Positions 17,961-27,943 are shown, numbered from the stretch's first letter. The stretch: 64,000 bases of DNA from Candidatus Cloacimonadales bacterium (GCA_963662585.1 OY759729.1:3008001-3072000), one strand, 5' to 3'. Numbers and translations are program-made. Notes: a model not told the origin generated them from the letters alone.

Positions 17961-20900
17961 TCAAATTTGCTAACTCTTCCAAACTCATTTCTTCATATTG
18001 CTCTGGTGTTAATCCAAAGACTGATAATACTCTCTTGATTTCTGGATCAACTATTTTTGCTTCATCATAAGTTAATTCATAAAGTTTATAGACTATTATA
18101 TCTAACATTATTTCAGTATTTATCGTATCATTATTATCTTGTTTATCAAAGATTATTTTATCAACATATTGAATAATTTTTTCAATAATATGATAGCTTA
18201 TTTGATCATCTATAGGAAATTTTTTACAGTTTTCAATCAAAATTTTCTGAAAGGTCTCTTTCTCAACATCTAAAAATTTATATTTGTGATAAAAGTTCAT
18301 CAATTTACTATTTAGCAATGCAAGGATATATTTTAAATTTAGCTTTGAATTTTGCTTTTGTGTAATTACGAAGCCAATCTGTGTATGGTAAAGTTCTTCT
18401 TTAGTGTATCCAGCAAAAATTGTTGGAGGTTTTCCAGAAACAATTTGTCTTACAATAATCCTAGGAGATGTAAAAAACTTTTTTTGCCTTGGAGCACCTA
18501 GCCAATTTCCATAGTTCAAGTAACCATCAATTTCACTTTTAACAAGATACTTAACAATATTTTTCCCGGATATTAGTGGTACAAAATTTTTATCTTTCTT
18601 GAGCTTTGAATGAAAAATCTTATTATCAATCATATCTTTACTATGACCTTTATACTTATCATAGGGTGTAATTCCTAGAGAAAATTCAGCATAATTATTT
18701 AAATATGATTTATTATTCTCAATTTTACTTAAAATGCTTCTTTGAAAAGGAGATATAAAAATATTGAATTTATATTTATTTTCTTCATTCCAAAAAGATT
18801 TATCATGAGCTTTGTAGCATAGGTTATTACAATCAAAAACTTCTTCTTGATTGAAGACATATCCTCTAACTTCTTTTACTTGAGAAAATTTATTGAGTAG
18901 TATGATAATTGTTTCAACAAACGCATTTTCGAAAACAGAGTTTGGAAGTTTGACAATTAAATTTAGACTTTTCAATATTAATTTTCTCAACTTTGTATAT
19001 GAACTATTCATAAGTAAAGAGTTAGGATTTATATATGTTAAAATTCCTTTATCGTTTATTAAATGAAATCCTTTTTCAATAAAAACAGCATATAAATTGA
19101 TTCTATTTTGTGTAGTATTAAAATTATTAAAAAAATATTTTACATCAGTAATAGGAAGTTGTTTAATATCCACATACGGTGGATTCCCAATCACAATATC
19201 AAAACCTCCATTTTCTTTAAAGACATCAGCAAAGTAAAGATGCCAGGGGAAGAAGGGTCTAATCTTATCTTTTTTAGTGAACTCATGCAGTTGAGCTTCA
19301 AGCTCCATGTAATCAAACTTATATTTTTTCTTTAATTGAGAACTCTCTGCTTGGATGTAGGCTTCTCTTTGTTCATTAGTAGACAATTGATTAGCAGTGC
19401 TTATCATTTGATTATAGGCTTGGAAGTACTCTTCTTTATCATTTTCAATACGAGTTTTAAAGATTTTGACGATAGTATCTTCAATTTCATTGCGTAGGGA
19501 TACTTTTTTGTTTTTATCATTTTCTTTGTAAAGTTTTTCTTGGAGGAAGTGAAGATGATCAATTATTTGGTCTTCTTCTAAAAGTAAGGAGTTTTTATTT
19601 AATTGTGTAGCCAACTTCTTTTTATCGCTAGTTAGTTTTTTTTTCTCTTTTTCCAAAGCTTTAATTTGATTCAACAAGTCTTGATTTTGGACTGAAGTTT
19701 CAGTAAATTCTGCAAAGAACTTCTTTTGAATCATTTCTACTTGCTGGTTGATGTCTGCGATTTCATTAGTAATCTCTTTATCTTTTTTCTCAAGATCGGA
19801 GTATTTAGTTCTTACTTGATTAATATTGATATCCCCAAAAGATTCAATGAGGGAATTACCTTGCATGAACTTGTAATCGAAGTTGGGAAGAGCTTCAGGT
19901 ATTTCAGCATCAACCACTAGGGACAACCAGAAACGAATCTTAGCGATTTCAATAGCACCATTATCAATATCTACACCATAGATACACTTTTGAATTGTTT
20001 CTTTTTTTAGTTGGTAGAGATTGGCATTTTCATTGAGGAACTCATCTTTAATGTAAGAACGAATAGAGACAATCTCGTGGAGGATTCCCATGGGGAAGGC
20101 ACCTGAGCCAACTGCAGGGTCAGCAATCTTAATATTTACAAGTAGCTTGTTTACTTCTTCTACAATATCATAGAGTTCATTAAATTGCTTTTCAAATTCT
20201 TTTTCCTGTTCATCATTAGCAAAGTCCCCCTTGTTTAGATAGAGATCTTTATATTCAAAGAGGTGGTCCAGTTTCTCTTCGATATTTTCTTTATCCTGCA
20301 ATTTAGTAATTAAGAACTGTTTCAGACTTTCTCTCGTCATATAATTAACTATTTCTCGCGGAGTATAGAAAGCACCTTTACCTTTTCGGTTTATATCATC
20401 TAGTAAATTCTCAAAGACTTTACCTAGCATTTCAGGGTCTATGGCAATATCTTGTTCAAAGTAAGTATTTTCATCTATAGTGAAGTTATATTGATCAAAG
20501 ATATCAAGGATACCTGTATTCTTATCATTGGAGAAAAGCTCATTATTTGGAGCAAAAATAATAGTCTCATCATATTCATAAGGGCATTCAAATAGACCAC
20601 CATTTAGATAAGGTATTTTTAAAAAAGCATCATTAAATTTAAAGGAATCACCAACTTGGTTTAATCCTTCATAGAAGAGTTTTTCTAAGAACTTATCGAA
20701 ATAATTATATCCCTCTTTTTGGCATTTTTCAAAACCCCAGCGGAGGAAGTCTTGTCTGCCATCGGTCCAGTCATTGGTATTGCTAGGGTCTCCACCTAAC
20801 CATCTTTTCTTTTGGAGGAAGTAAAGGAAGGTAATTTGACCTAATAATTTACGGGCAAAGATATCAGAGTTAAAGCCTTCAGTTTTAGACATCACTATTT

Positions 20901-21498
20901 TAAAGTTGTTAGATTTTTCAAACTCATTTATTACTAAATCATAGAGCTCTTTATACTTATTAAAGAACTCTTTAGTAACAGGTTCAACAGCAAATCTGCC
21001 CACTAAATCAGCAAAATCTTTTATTTTTGCTGTTCCACTTATCTGTTTAGCTTTTACTAATTTATCAAAGAGTGTTCCGAGTTTTGCTTCATTTCCCAAA
21101 AGATAGGAGTAGCGTCTGGGATTTGAGAAAAGTTTTTTAGTCTTTTTATTATCTAATTCTAAGTCTATTGTTATTAAGGATAGTCTATAGTTGGCTAAAT
21201 TAGCTGATGTAAAGAAAACTATGGCTCTGTTCTTATTGAAACTTGCTAAAATTTTAAAGGCATCACGGGAGATAGTAACACGAGGGTCATTTTCAGAGTC
21301 ATGATGCATTTCAAAAACAGCTAAGTCTAAGGTCTCTGAATTTCCTAATAAAGTAACTTGATTTATCTTATTAGCTTTGAAAGATAGTTGATCAGTTACA
21401 TCTTCGATATCTATTTCAAAATCATCTGGTAATAAATATGTTTTTAAAAAATCTAAATATTTATGCCTATTGTATTTTTCACTGAATAATGAAATCAT
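17938..21498 (-). CDS. Type IIG-like (Eco57I/TaqI-like) N6-adenine DNA methyltransferase with C-terminal target-recognition domain
   Basis: YLNGGLF, DPEMLGKVFE, GAFYTPREIV, motif I ADPAVGSGAF, IYGVDID, motif IV FDIVIGNPPY and TaqI_C-like YILALLNSKL. Confidence 0.9.
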   Translation of the reverse strand: MISLFSEKYNRHKYLDFLKTYLLPDDFEIDIEDVTDQLSFKANKINQVTLLGNSETLDLAVFEMHHDSENDPRVTISRDAFKILASFNKNRAIVFFTSANLANYRLSLITIDLELDNKKTKKLFSNPRRYSYLLGNEAKLGTLFDKLVKAKQISGTAKIKDFADLVGRFAVEPVTKEFFNKYKELYDLVINEFEKSNNFKIVMSKTEGFNSDIFARKLLGQITFLYFLQKKRWLGGDPSNTNDWTDGRQDFLRWGFEKCQKEGYNYFDKFLEKLFYEGLNQVGDSFKFNDAFLKIPYLNGGLFECPYEYDETIIFAPNNELFSNDKNTGILDIFDQYNFTIDENTYFEQDIAIDPEMLGKVFENLLDDINRKGKGAFYTPREIVNYMTRESLKQFLITKLQDKENIEEKLDHLFEYKDLYLNKGDFANDEQEKEFEKQFNELYDIVEEVNKLLVNIKIADPAVGSGAFPMGILHEIVSIRSYIKDEFLNENANLYQLKKETIQKCIYGVDIDNGAIEIAKIRFWLSLVVDAEIPEALPNFDYKFMQGNSLIESFGDININQVRTKYSDLEKKDKEITNEIADINQQVEMIQKKFFAEFTETSVQNQDLLNQIKALEKEKKKLTSDKKKLATQLNKNSLLLEEDQIIDHLHFLQEKLYKENDKNKKVSLRNEIEDTIVKIFKTRIENDKEEYFQAYNQMISTANQLSTNEQREAYIQAESSQLKKKYKFDYMELEAQLHEFTKKDKIRPFFPWHLYFADVFKENGGFDIVIGNPPYVDIKQLPITDVKYFFNNFNTTQNRINLYAVFIEKGFHLINDKGILTYINPNSLLMNSSYTKLRKLILKSLNLIVKLPNSVFENAFVETIIILLNKFSQVKEVRGYVFNQEEVFDCNNLCYKAHDKSFWNEENKYKFNIFISPFQRSILSKIENNKSYLNNYAEFSLGITPYDKYKGHSKDMIDNKIFHSKLKKDKNFVPLISGKNIVKYLVKSEIDGYLNYGNWLGAPRQKKFFTSPRIIVRQIVSGKPPTIFAGYTKEELYHTQIGFVITQKQNSKLNLKYILALLNSKLMNFYHKYKFLDVEKETFQKILIENCKKFPIDDQISYHIIEKIIQYVDKIIFDKQDNNDTINTEIMLDIIVYKLYELTYDEAKIVDPEIKRVLSVFGLTPEQYEEMSLEELANLKTGVPQP

Positions 21499-22328
21499 TT
21501 TTTCTCCTTATAGGGTAAATTAATAGTTGAATTAGTTAAGACCTTAAGTTGATCAATAGCTATTTTGTTAAGTAATAGAAGTCTTTCCTGAGCAGGAATA
21601 TTTTCCTTAATATATATTGCATTTAGACTTTCCAGATTTGCTAAGATAATTAATTGTTCTATGCTTGCATAATCTCGAATATTCCCATTTTTATTAGGAT
21701 TATTGTCTCTCCATTCTTTAGCTGTTAAACCAAATAAAGCTAGATTTAAGAGGTCTGCTTCAGAAGCATAAGTAAAACTATGTTTTGTTATATCCAATAT
21801 TTGGGGAATGATATTTTGTTTAATCGCATCAGTATGAATTTTATAGTTTAGTTTTGATAAAATTCTTGATGTCTCCCACTCTAGTTTTCTTTCCTTATAC
21901 TGAGATTCTTTTAGACTCTGAAACTCTTTTATAAGATAGAGTTTGAATTCAGAACTTACCCATGAAGCAAACTCAAAGGCAATATCTTGATGAGCGAAAG
22001 TTCCTCCATATCTACCAGATTTAGAAAGAATCCCAATAGCATTTGTTGTAGTTATCCATCTTTGAGGGGATAATACAAAGGCATTAGAACCAGCTTGGTT
22101 TCTAAAGGTGTCGAATTCGACCCCTTTAAAATTAGGATTATGTAATTTTTCCCATAAACCCAAAAACTCAATTGTATTTTTACTCCTAAGCCAGTTTTTT
22201 ACAACATCTTTAGGTTCATCTGGATTTTTATATCTTGCAATATCTGTTAATGATATGTAACTATTACTATCAAGACCCTTTATTTTAACCTCAATATTAA
22301 ATACTTCTATAACCTTTGTTTTAGCCAA
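21495..22328 (-). CDS. KilA-N domain DNA-binding protein
   Basis: YISLTDIARYK, KNWLRSKNTIEFLGLWE, SKSGRYGGTFAHQDIAFEFASW, LSKLNYKIHTDAIK. Overlaps the MTase start (ATGA coupling). Confidence 0.9.
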   Translation of the reverse strand: MAKTKVIEVFNIEVKIKGLDSNSYISLTDIARYKNPDEPKDVVKNWLRSKNTIEFLGLWEKLHNPNFKGVEFDTFRNQAGSNAFVLSPQRWITTTNAIGILSKSGRYGGTFAHQDIAFEFASWVSSEFKLYLIKEFQSLKESQYKERKLEWETSRILSKLNYKIHTDAIKQNIIPQILDITKHSFTYASEADLLNLALFGLTAKEWRDNNPNKNGNIRDYASIEQLIILANLESLNAIYIKENIPAQERLLLLNKIAIDQLKVLTNSTINLPYKEKK

Positions 22329-22339
22329 ATCTCCCCCTA

Positions 22340-25300
22340 TTAAAACTCTTCTGCTAAGATGAGTCTTTCCTTACCATCATTAACACTAGTGGATTTTTTT
22401 ATAATTCTCTCAAGATATTGATGAGGTACTTCTTTTTTAAATTCTTCTATGTCATCTTTAAGTGTCTTTTCATCAAAAGCTCTAATCAATTTAGCAAATC
22501 TGTCTGGTAAACCATCAAGAGATTCTAAAACTACTAGTAAGTCATCTAAATAGTCCTTATCTTCATTAAGGATTGATTTGATAACTTTTAATTTGTCAAT
22601 AGCTTCTCTTTTCCCTTTATCATTAGATTGCCTGCTCTTCTTGATAAAAAGTTTTTCTTTTATTTTCTGATAGATATTATCAAAATTATTTGTTACAGAT
22701 AAGCTTGATTCTTCAACTTCAGCCTCAAAGAGTTGGAATGCATCTTTAGCACTTAAAGCAACTACTTCAGTACCATCTGATGAGAATTTAAAGGTGTATT
22801 CATCACCTTTACTTCCGAAGACAATCACTCCACTGCTTTTACTTGCTGATCTTCTTATTCTTGTTCTATGAGGTATTTCTTGAGACTTTTCTATGACCTC
22901 TGGATTAGTAAGCTTGAGTTTATTATAGAAATCTAAATATTCTGCATCCCAAGATACTTGTTCCTGATTGGCAAACTCTTTTTCATATTGTTTTGCATAA
23001 AAGGACTCAAGTGTTTCATCAGGAGTAAGAATTTTTGTATCACTTCCTAAAATTGCTTGAATAACGGCTAATTTTAAGGTCGAAATTTGCTTAGTCCTTA
23101 CATGCTGAGCTCCAATGTCAGTGGGGAAGTAGTTATAGATATATAGTTTTTCAAAGACTTTCTTATCTATTCTGTTAATTCGTCCCACTCTTTGAATCAC
23201 TCTTGTGGGATTATAAGGGATATCATAGTTGAAGATTGTGCCAGCTCTGTGTAAGTTATAACCTTCTGAAATAGCATCAGTAGCAACTAAAATATCATAG
23301 TCATTCTTTTGTGATTTCTTATAACTGGCATCAAAGTTCTCTTTAATTATATCTTTATTATTTTTGTTGGCTTCACTTCCAGAGTATTTAAATATTCTAA
23401 ATTCATTTTTCAAGCATCGATATAGATATTCAGCAGTATCATTGAATTCTGTAAATATAATTATCTTCCTGTTAGGTTCATCTTCTAACTGCTTATTGAT
23501 AATCTCTTTGAAGTGCACAAGTTTTGGATCAATGCTGATTTTTCTCCAATCTTCTTGAATTGACTTTAACAGCTCAATATCTCTTCTCAAATCTTTGGCA
23601 AAATCTTCTTTAATTTCTTTAGCATCAATTATCATTAACCCTTTTTCATAATATTTTTGTAGTTGTTCTTCAAAAGTGAAATTAAATAATTCTTCCGATA
23701 TATCATCCCCCATGTCTTCCATGAGAGAATCTACATCAGGTAATTTACCCTTTTTATAGATGGGAACTTTATGTAGTCTATCATGCCAATTTAGGATTAA
23801 CTCAAAAGATTTAATCATGTTCTCTAAAGAGTTCATAAAGGCTTGAAAAGAACTTTCAAACCGTCTGACTAATAAATGCTTCATAAATTTAGCAATATTC
23901 ATTTGAGATTTTCTAAAGAGGTTTATATTCCCAAACTCTTTAGTGATTTTCTCTTTATATTTATCTTCGTCCACTAAGTATGATACCGGTTTATACCTAG
24001 CTCCCTCTAATCCCTTGCCTTTCTCATCTGTAGAAATCCTTTTCAAAGTCTTGAGATATAATTCACTTAAATCTCCTAAATCATACTCTTGTAGGATTGG
24101 GTCGTTAACTTGCGAATATGATATATTTTGACTCTCAAGATCTTTACGAAATTCTTCAATTTTCTCAAGATCAATTCGGCTTCTTCTGATTAAAACTGGG
24201 GAGAGTATATCTCTGATCTTATCAGAAAGTTCATTAATGCGTCTTTTTAATTCAGCCTCAGTAATTGAATTATCCTTCTGTCCTTCTTTGATATTTTTAT
24301 ATTCAATAATTAAGCTTTTAAACTGTAATGCTAAATTATCAACTGTTTGAATAGTCGATTTAGAGGGTAATTGAAACAACTTAATCATTGAAAAGATGTC
24401 TTGTGGTTTGTTATTAAAAGGAGTAGCAGTAAGAAGGATAACCTTGTTTCCTTGGCAAAGTTGATGGAGCAAACCGTAATCTCGGGTCATTTCATTTCTA
24501 TACTTATGAGCCTCATCGATAATTACTAACTTTTCTTCAGCAAAACTATTATCAGTAAGAGCATCTTCAATTTTACCACTGCTATATACCTTAGCTATAA
24601 AATCAAAATTATAACAATACTCATTCCATTGTTCTACAAGATGAGGTGGGGCTATAACAATTGCTTTCTTTCTTAAATTATAGGCAATTGCAGAAGCAAT
24701 GATACTTTTACCCAAACCAACAACATCAGATATGATAAGACCATTATGCTTTTTTATTATCTTTAATCCTCTATGTAAAGCATCTGTTTGATATTCTAAA
24801 TCAAAGTATGCTTCATCAGTAATCTGTGAGGGAAGTTTAATGTCATTTTCTTTTTTAAGTGAAAAATATTCATCTAAAACTCTAACGAACATAATGAATG
24901 GTTTTGGTAGCTTTTCAAACCAAATCCTTTCAACTACACTTTCTAAAAAGTCAGCAAGATTATTTTTACTTACTATGTCAATTCCTGTTTCCCATAACTC
25001 ATCAAATAGTTCCTTCCCTTGGTAATATGTTCTATCTCTAAAAATAGTATTAATCTCACCTTGTCCATAGAGACCTGATTTAGTCAAATTACTTGAACCA
25101 GTAATCATTGTTCCAGGCCAACTTCCGCCTTGATTAAATTCCGGAGCAGCTTGAAATAGATAGAGTTTTGAGTGATTGGGCTTAATAGTTTTTCTTATCT
25201 CAAGACTTCTGTTTTTTATTTTTTCTATAAATAGTTTGAATGATCTCTGCTTTTCTTCACAATCAAAGAAATTACTATCATTGAAGAATTTAACAAAATT

Positions 25301-25564
25301 ATCATTATATTCTCTTCTAATCTGACTTTTAGATTTCTCGATATTTTCTACTAACTCAAATTCTCTAAATTTGTTGAGAATGTTCTTTTCTATATCAAGA
25401 CCTACAAGTATTTTTATTTCTTTATCTTTTAAATCATCATGTAATTCATTAAAACCTGAATAATAGAAATATCCTACTAACACAAACAGCTTGTCTGTTG
25501 ATGGCAATATCTTACTAATTTCATCACCAAGTTTTTGTTCATTATTTGTAATTAAATCAGCCAT
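22340..25564 (-). CDS. SNF2-like SF2 helicase with N-terminal PLD-family (HKD-like) nuclease domain
   Basis: VGYFYYSG, HSKLY...ITGSSNLT (PLD-type); DVVGLGKS, IIDEAH, LLTATP, IIFTEF, ATDAISEGYNL, QRVGRINR. ATG 25564 after GGAGG (track start 25594). Confidence 0.9.
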   Translation of the reverse strand: MADLITNNEQKLGDEISKILPSTDKLFVLVGYFYYSGFNELHDDLKDKEIKILVGLDIEKNILNKFREFELVENIEKSKSQIRREYNDNFVKFFNDSNFFDCEEKQRSFKLFIEKIKNRSLEIRKTIKPNHSKLYLFQAAPEFNQGGSWPGTMITGSSNLTKSGLYGQGEINTIFRDRTYYQGKELFDELWETGIDIVSKNNLADFLESVVERIWFEKLPKPFIMFVRVLDEYFSLKKENDIKLPSQITDEAYFDLEYQTDALHRGLKIIKKHNGLIISDVVGLGKSIIASAIAYNLRKKAIVIAPPHLVEQWNEYCYNFDFIAKVYSSGKIEDALTDNSFAEEKLVIIDEAHKYRNEMTRDYGLLHQLCQGNKVILLTATPFNNKPQDIFSMIKLFQLPSKSTIQTVDNLALQFKSLIIEYKNIKEGQKDNSITEAELKRRINELSDKIRDILSPVLIRRSRIDLEKIEEFRKDLESQNISYSQVNDPILQEYDLGDLSELYLKTLKRISTDEKGKGLEGARYKPVSYLVDEDKYKEKITKEFGNINLFRKSQMNIAKFMKHLLVRRFESSFQAFMNSLENMIKSFELILNWHDRLHKVPIYKKGKLPDVDSLMEDMGDDISEELFNFTFEEQLQKYYEKGLMIIDAKEIKEDFAKDLRRDIELLKSIQEDWRKISIDPKLVHFKEIINKQLEDEPNRKIIIFTEFNDTAEYLYRCLKNEFRIFKYSGSEANKNNKDIIKENFDASYKKSQKNDYDILVATDAISEGYNLHRAGTIFNYDIPYNPTRVIQRVGRINRIDKKVFEKLYIYNYFPTDIGAQHVRTKQISTLKLAVIQAILGSDTKILTPDETLESFYAKQYEKEFANQEQVSWDAEYLDFYNKLKLTNPEVIEKSQEIPHRTRIRRSASKSSGVIVFGSKGDEYTFKFSSDGTEVVALSAKDAFQLFEAEVEESSLSVTNNFDNIYQKIKEKLFIKKSRQSNDKGKREAIDKLKVIKSILNEDKDYLDDLLVVLESLDGLPDRFAKLIRAFDEKTLKDDIEEFKKEVPHQYLERIIKKSTSVNDGKERLILAEEF

Positions 25565-25812
25565 GCTCCCTCCAAGTATTTTGTTTGATGTCATTTAATA
25601 TAAATGTAAAAAATTAAGCAAGAAAAAAAATGCTTATCAATAGGTTCTAGAGAATGGTTATATCTACCCTTGCTTTCTGTAAAAAATAATTAATTAGTCC
25701 CCACTAGGATATTTTATCAAGATCTCTTAATTTCATTTTTACTAGTCCACTTATATGCTTCCAAAATCGCTAATACGGGTCTCCATTATAAATTATACAT
25801 TAGAATTAGAAG

Positions 25813-26133
25813 ATTATATGTCACCCCTCTAGGGTTCATCTGTGGTTGGGATCTTGGTACAGTGTCTTGCGAACACTGCCTATTATATGGCATCCTTCAG
25901 GATACAGGATGTTGATAAACCCTGTGTTTTCAAAAGGAGTAATAAATATCAAGAATTTCGCATATTTTAACTAATTATTAAAGTCGCTATATATTTATTC
26001 AAACTCTTTTCTGCGATGTATTTAAATACTATCTTGTTTGAGTTTAAATAAATATATTAGTGATCTCTTTTTGTAAAAAGAGACCAAAAATACAGAGATG
26101 TTGACTTTGTCAACACTCTGCATCCTTCAGGAT
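25813..26133. repeat. Intergenic cluster of hairpins and short repeats
   Basis: gcatccttcaggat exact at 25890 and 26120; cagtgt/acactg (25860-25878); 18 bp inverted repeat 25989-26006/26040-26057; cagagatgttgac-ttt-gtcaacactctg (26093-26120). Confidence 0.55.
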
Positions 26134-26412
26134 TAAAGTCTTATAAAACAAGCAAGAATAAGGACATAAATAATTCTAAGGCAAAAAAAATCATGAAACT
26201 CCTATCAGACTATTTTTATTAGTAAGTTATACCTTGTAACTTTATCCTAAACATTTATTCCCTATATCAAATGTTTCTATTACACCACCGGACTTGAACA
26301 AAAGCCGTATTTATAGATTTTACTAGATATAAGATATGTATTTCAATGAGGTAATTGAATAAATTTTTGCAGAGTCTCTGTTTATCAGAATTGTTTTCAA
26401 AATTAAAAATCA

Positions 26413-26440
26413 TTGACATGATAAAATACCTATTTCTAAT
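26413..26440 (+). promoter_or_regulatory. Putative sigma70 promoter of gltX
   Basis: TTGACA-16 nt-TCTAAT, followed by the AGGAG RBS and ATG 26469. Confidence 0.5.
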
Positions 26441-26468
26441 GACATAAAAAGATAGTTTAGGAGAATAA

Positions 26469-27905
26469 ATGTCAAATAAAGTAAGAGTTAGGTTAGCTCC
26501 AAGTCCAACAGGTTATCTACATTTAGGTACTTTAAGAGTAGCTTTATATAACTATGCCTTTGCTAAAAAAAATAATGGAAAATTTATCTTAAGAATAGAA
26601 GACACAGATCAAAATAGATTAGTCGATGATGCAGTAGAAAACATAATTTCAACTCTCAAGACCATTGGAGTAGTCTTTGATGAAGGTCCTAATACTGGTG
26701 GGGATTACGCACCTTATGTTCAATCGGAAAGATTAGATATCTATAAGAAATATATTAATGAATTAGTTGAAAAAGGTTTAGCTTATCATTGTTTCTGTGA
26801 TAAAGAGACTTTAGATGAAATGCGTGCTGCCCAGATGGAAAGAAAAGAAGATCCGAAGTACGATAGACGCTGTTTAAATTTATCTAAAGATGAGGTTCAA
26901 GCCAAGATAGATAAGGGTGAATCCTATGTTATAAGATTAAGAATGCCAGATGATAGGATTTTCTCTTTTGATGATGCTATAAGAGGTATCGTGGAAATTA
27001 ACTCTAGTCAGGTAGATGACCAAGTTATTCTCAAATCTGACGGTTTCCCTACTTATCACCTTGCAGCTTGTGTTGATGACCACTTAATGGAAATTACTCA
27101 TGTATTCAGAGGTGAAGAGTGGATTTCATCTACTCCAAAACATATCTGGCTTTATGAATGTCTTGGCTGGCAAGCACCTAAATTTGTTCATTTACCACTA
27201 ATAATGAATACAGATCACTCTAAACTTAGCAAACGCAAGAATGATGTATCTGTGGAAAATTATCTACAAAAAGGATATCCAGTTCCTGCAATTATTAACT
27301 ATATTGCACTAATTGGTTGGCACACTTCTGATGATAGAGAATTCTTCTCCCTAGAAGATTTATGTCATGAATTTAGCTTGGATAGAGTTAATAAAGCTAA
27401 CGGTGTCTTTGATATAGTTAAGCTTAATTGGATGGCTGGAATGTATATCCGTGAAATGAGTAATGAAGATTTGGCTGATAAGTGCCGTCCATTTTTAGAA
27501 AAAGCTGGATATGATGTAAGTGACCAAAGAAAACTCTTGGCTGTTATGGATAATGCTAAAGATAGAATTTTCTGCTACTCACAAGTTATTGAGCATTCTC
27601 AAATGTTCTATGAAGATTTAAATATCTCCGAAGAAGATAAAAACATTTTAGCTGAAGATGATTCTCAAACTGTTCTTAAGTATTTTGTCGAAAATGCTGA
27701 TAATATTCCTTGGGACAAGTCTGAAGAGCTTGGCCTCTTTATTAAAGAAGGTTCAAAAGTCATTGGTGTAAAAGGTAAAAAGTATTTCTTCCCACTAAGA
27801 ATCTCACTTTTTGGCTCTAGTCATGGTCCTGATATACCAAAGTTATTCGCTATTTTAGGAAAAGATGATACTCTGGCAAGAATGAAGAAACACATAAAAA
27901 ATTGA
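26469..27905 (+). CDS. gltX: Glutamate--tRNA ligase
   Basis: VRLAPSPTGYLHLG (HIGH), LRIEDTD, YVQSER, KSDGFPTYH, RGEEW, KLSKR (KMSKS). Confidence 0.97.
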   Translation: MSNKVRVRLAPSPTGYLHLGTLRVALYNYAFAKKNNGKFILRIEDTDQNRLVDDAVENIISTLKTIGVVFDEGPNTGGDYAPYVQSERLDIYKKYINELVEKGLAYHCFCDKETLDEMRAAQMERKEDPKYDRRCLNLSKDEVQAKIDKGESYVIRLRMPDDRIFSFDDAIRGIVEINSSQVDDQVILKSDGFPTYHLAACVDDHLMEITHVFRGEEWISSTPKHIWLYECLGWQAPKFVHLPLIMNTDHSKLSKRKNDVSVENYLQKGYPVPAIINYIALIGWHTSDDREFFSLEDLCHEFSLDRVNKANGVFDIVKLNWMAGMYIREMSNEDLADKCRPFLEKAGYDVSDQRKLLAVMDNAKDRIFCYSQVIEHSQMFYEDLNISEEDKNILAEDDSQTVLKYFVENADNIPWDKSEELGLFIKEGSKVIGVKGKKYFFPLRISLFGSSHGPDIPKLFAILGKDDTLARMKKHIKN

Positions 27906-27934
27906 GAATTGAGAATTGAGAATTGAGAATTGAG
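27900..27934. repeat. Perfect heptamer tandem repeat (AATTGAG)x5 overlapping the gltX stop
   Basis: Five exact copies; the first supplies AAT TGA. Confidence 0.95.
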
Positions 27935-27943
27935 ATGAGGGCT

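Noticed and set aside
17938..25564. Complete BREX or DISARM system
   Set aside because: No pglZ/brxC or drmB/drmE-like partners in the window; only helicase, KilA-N and MTase.
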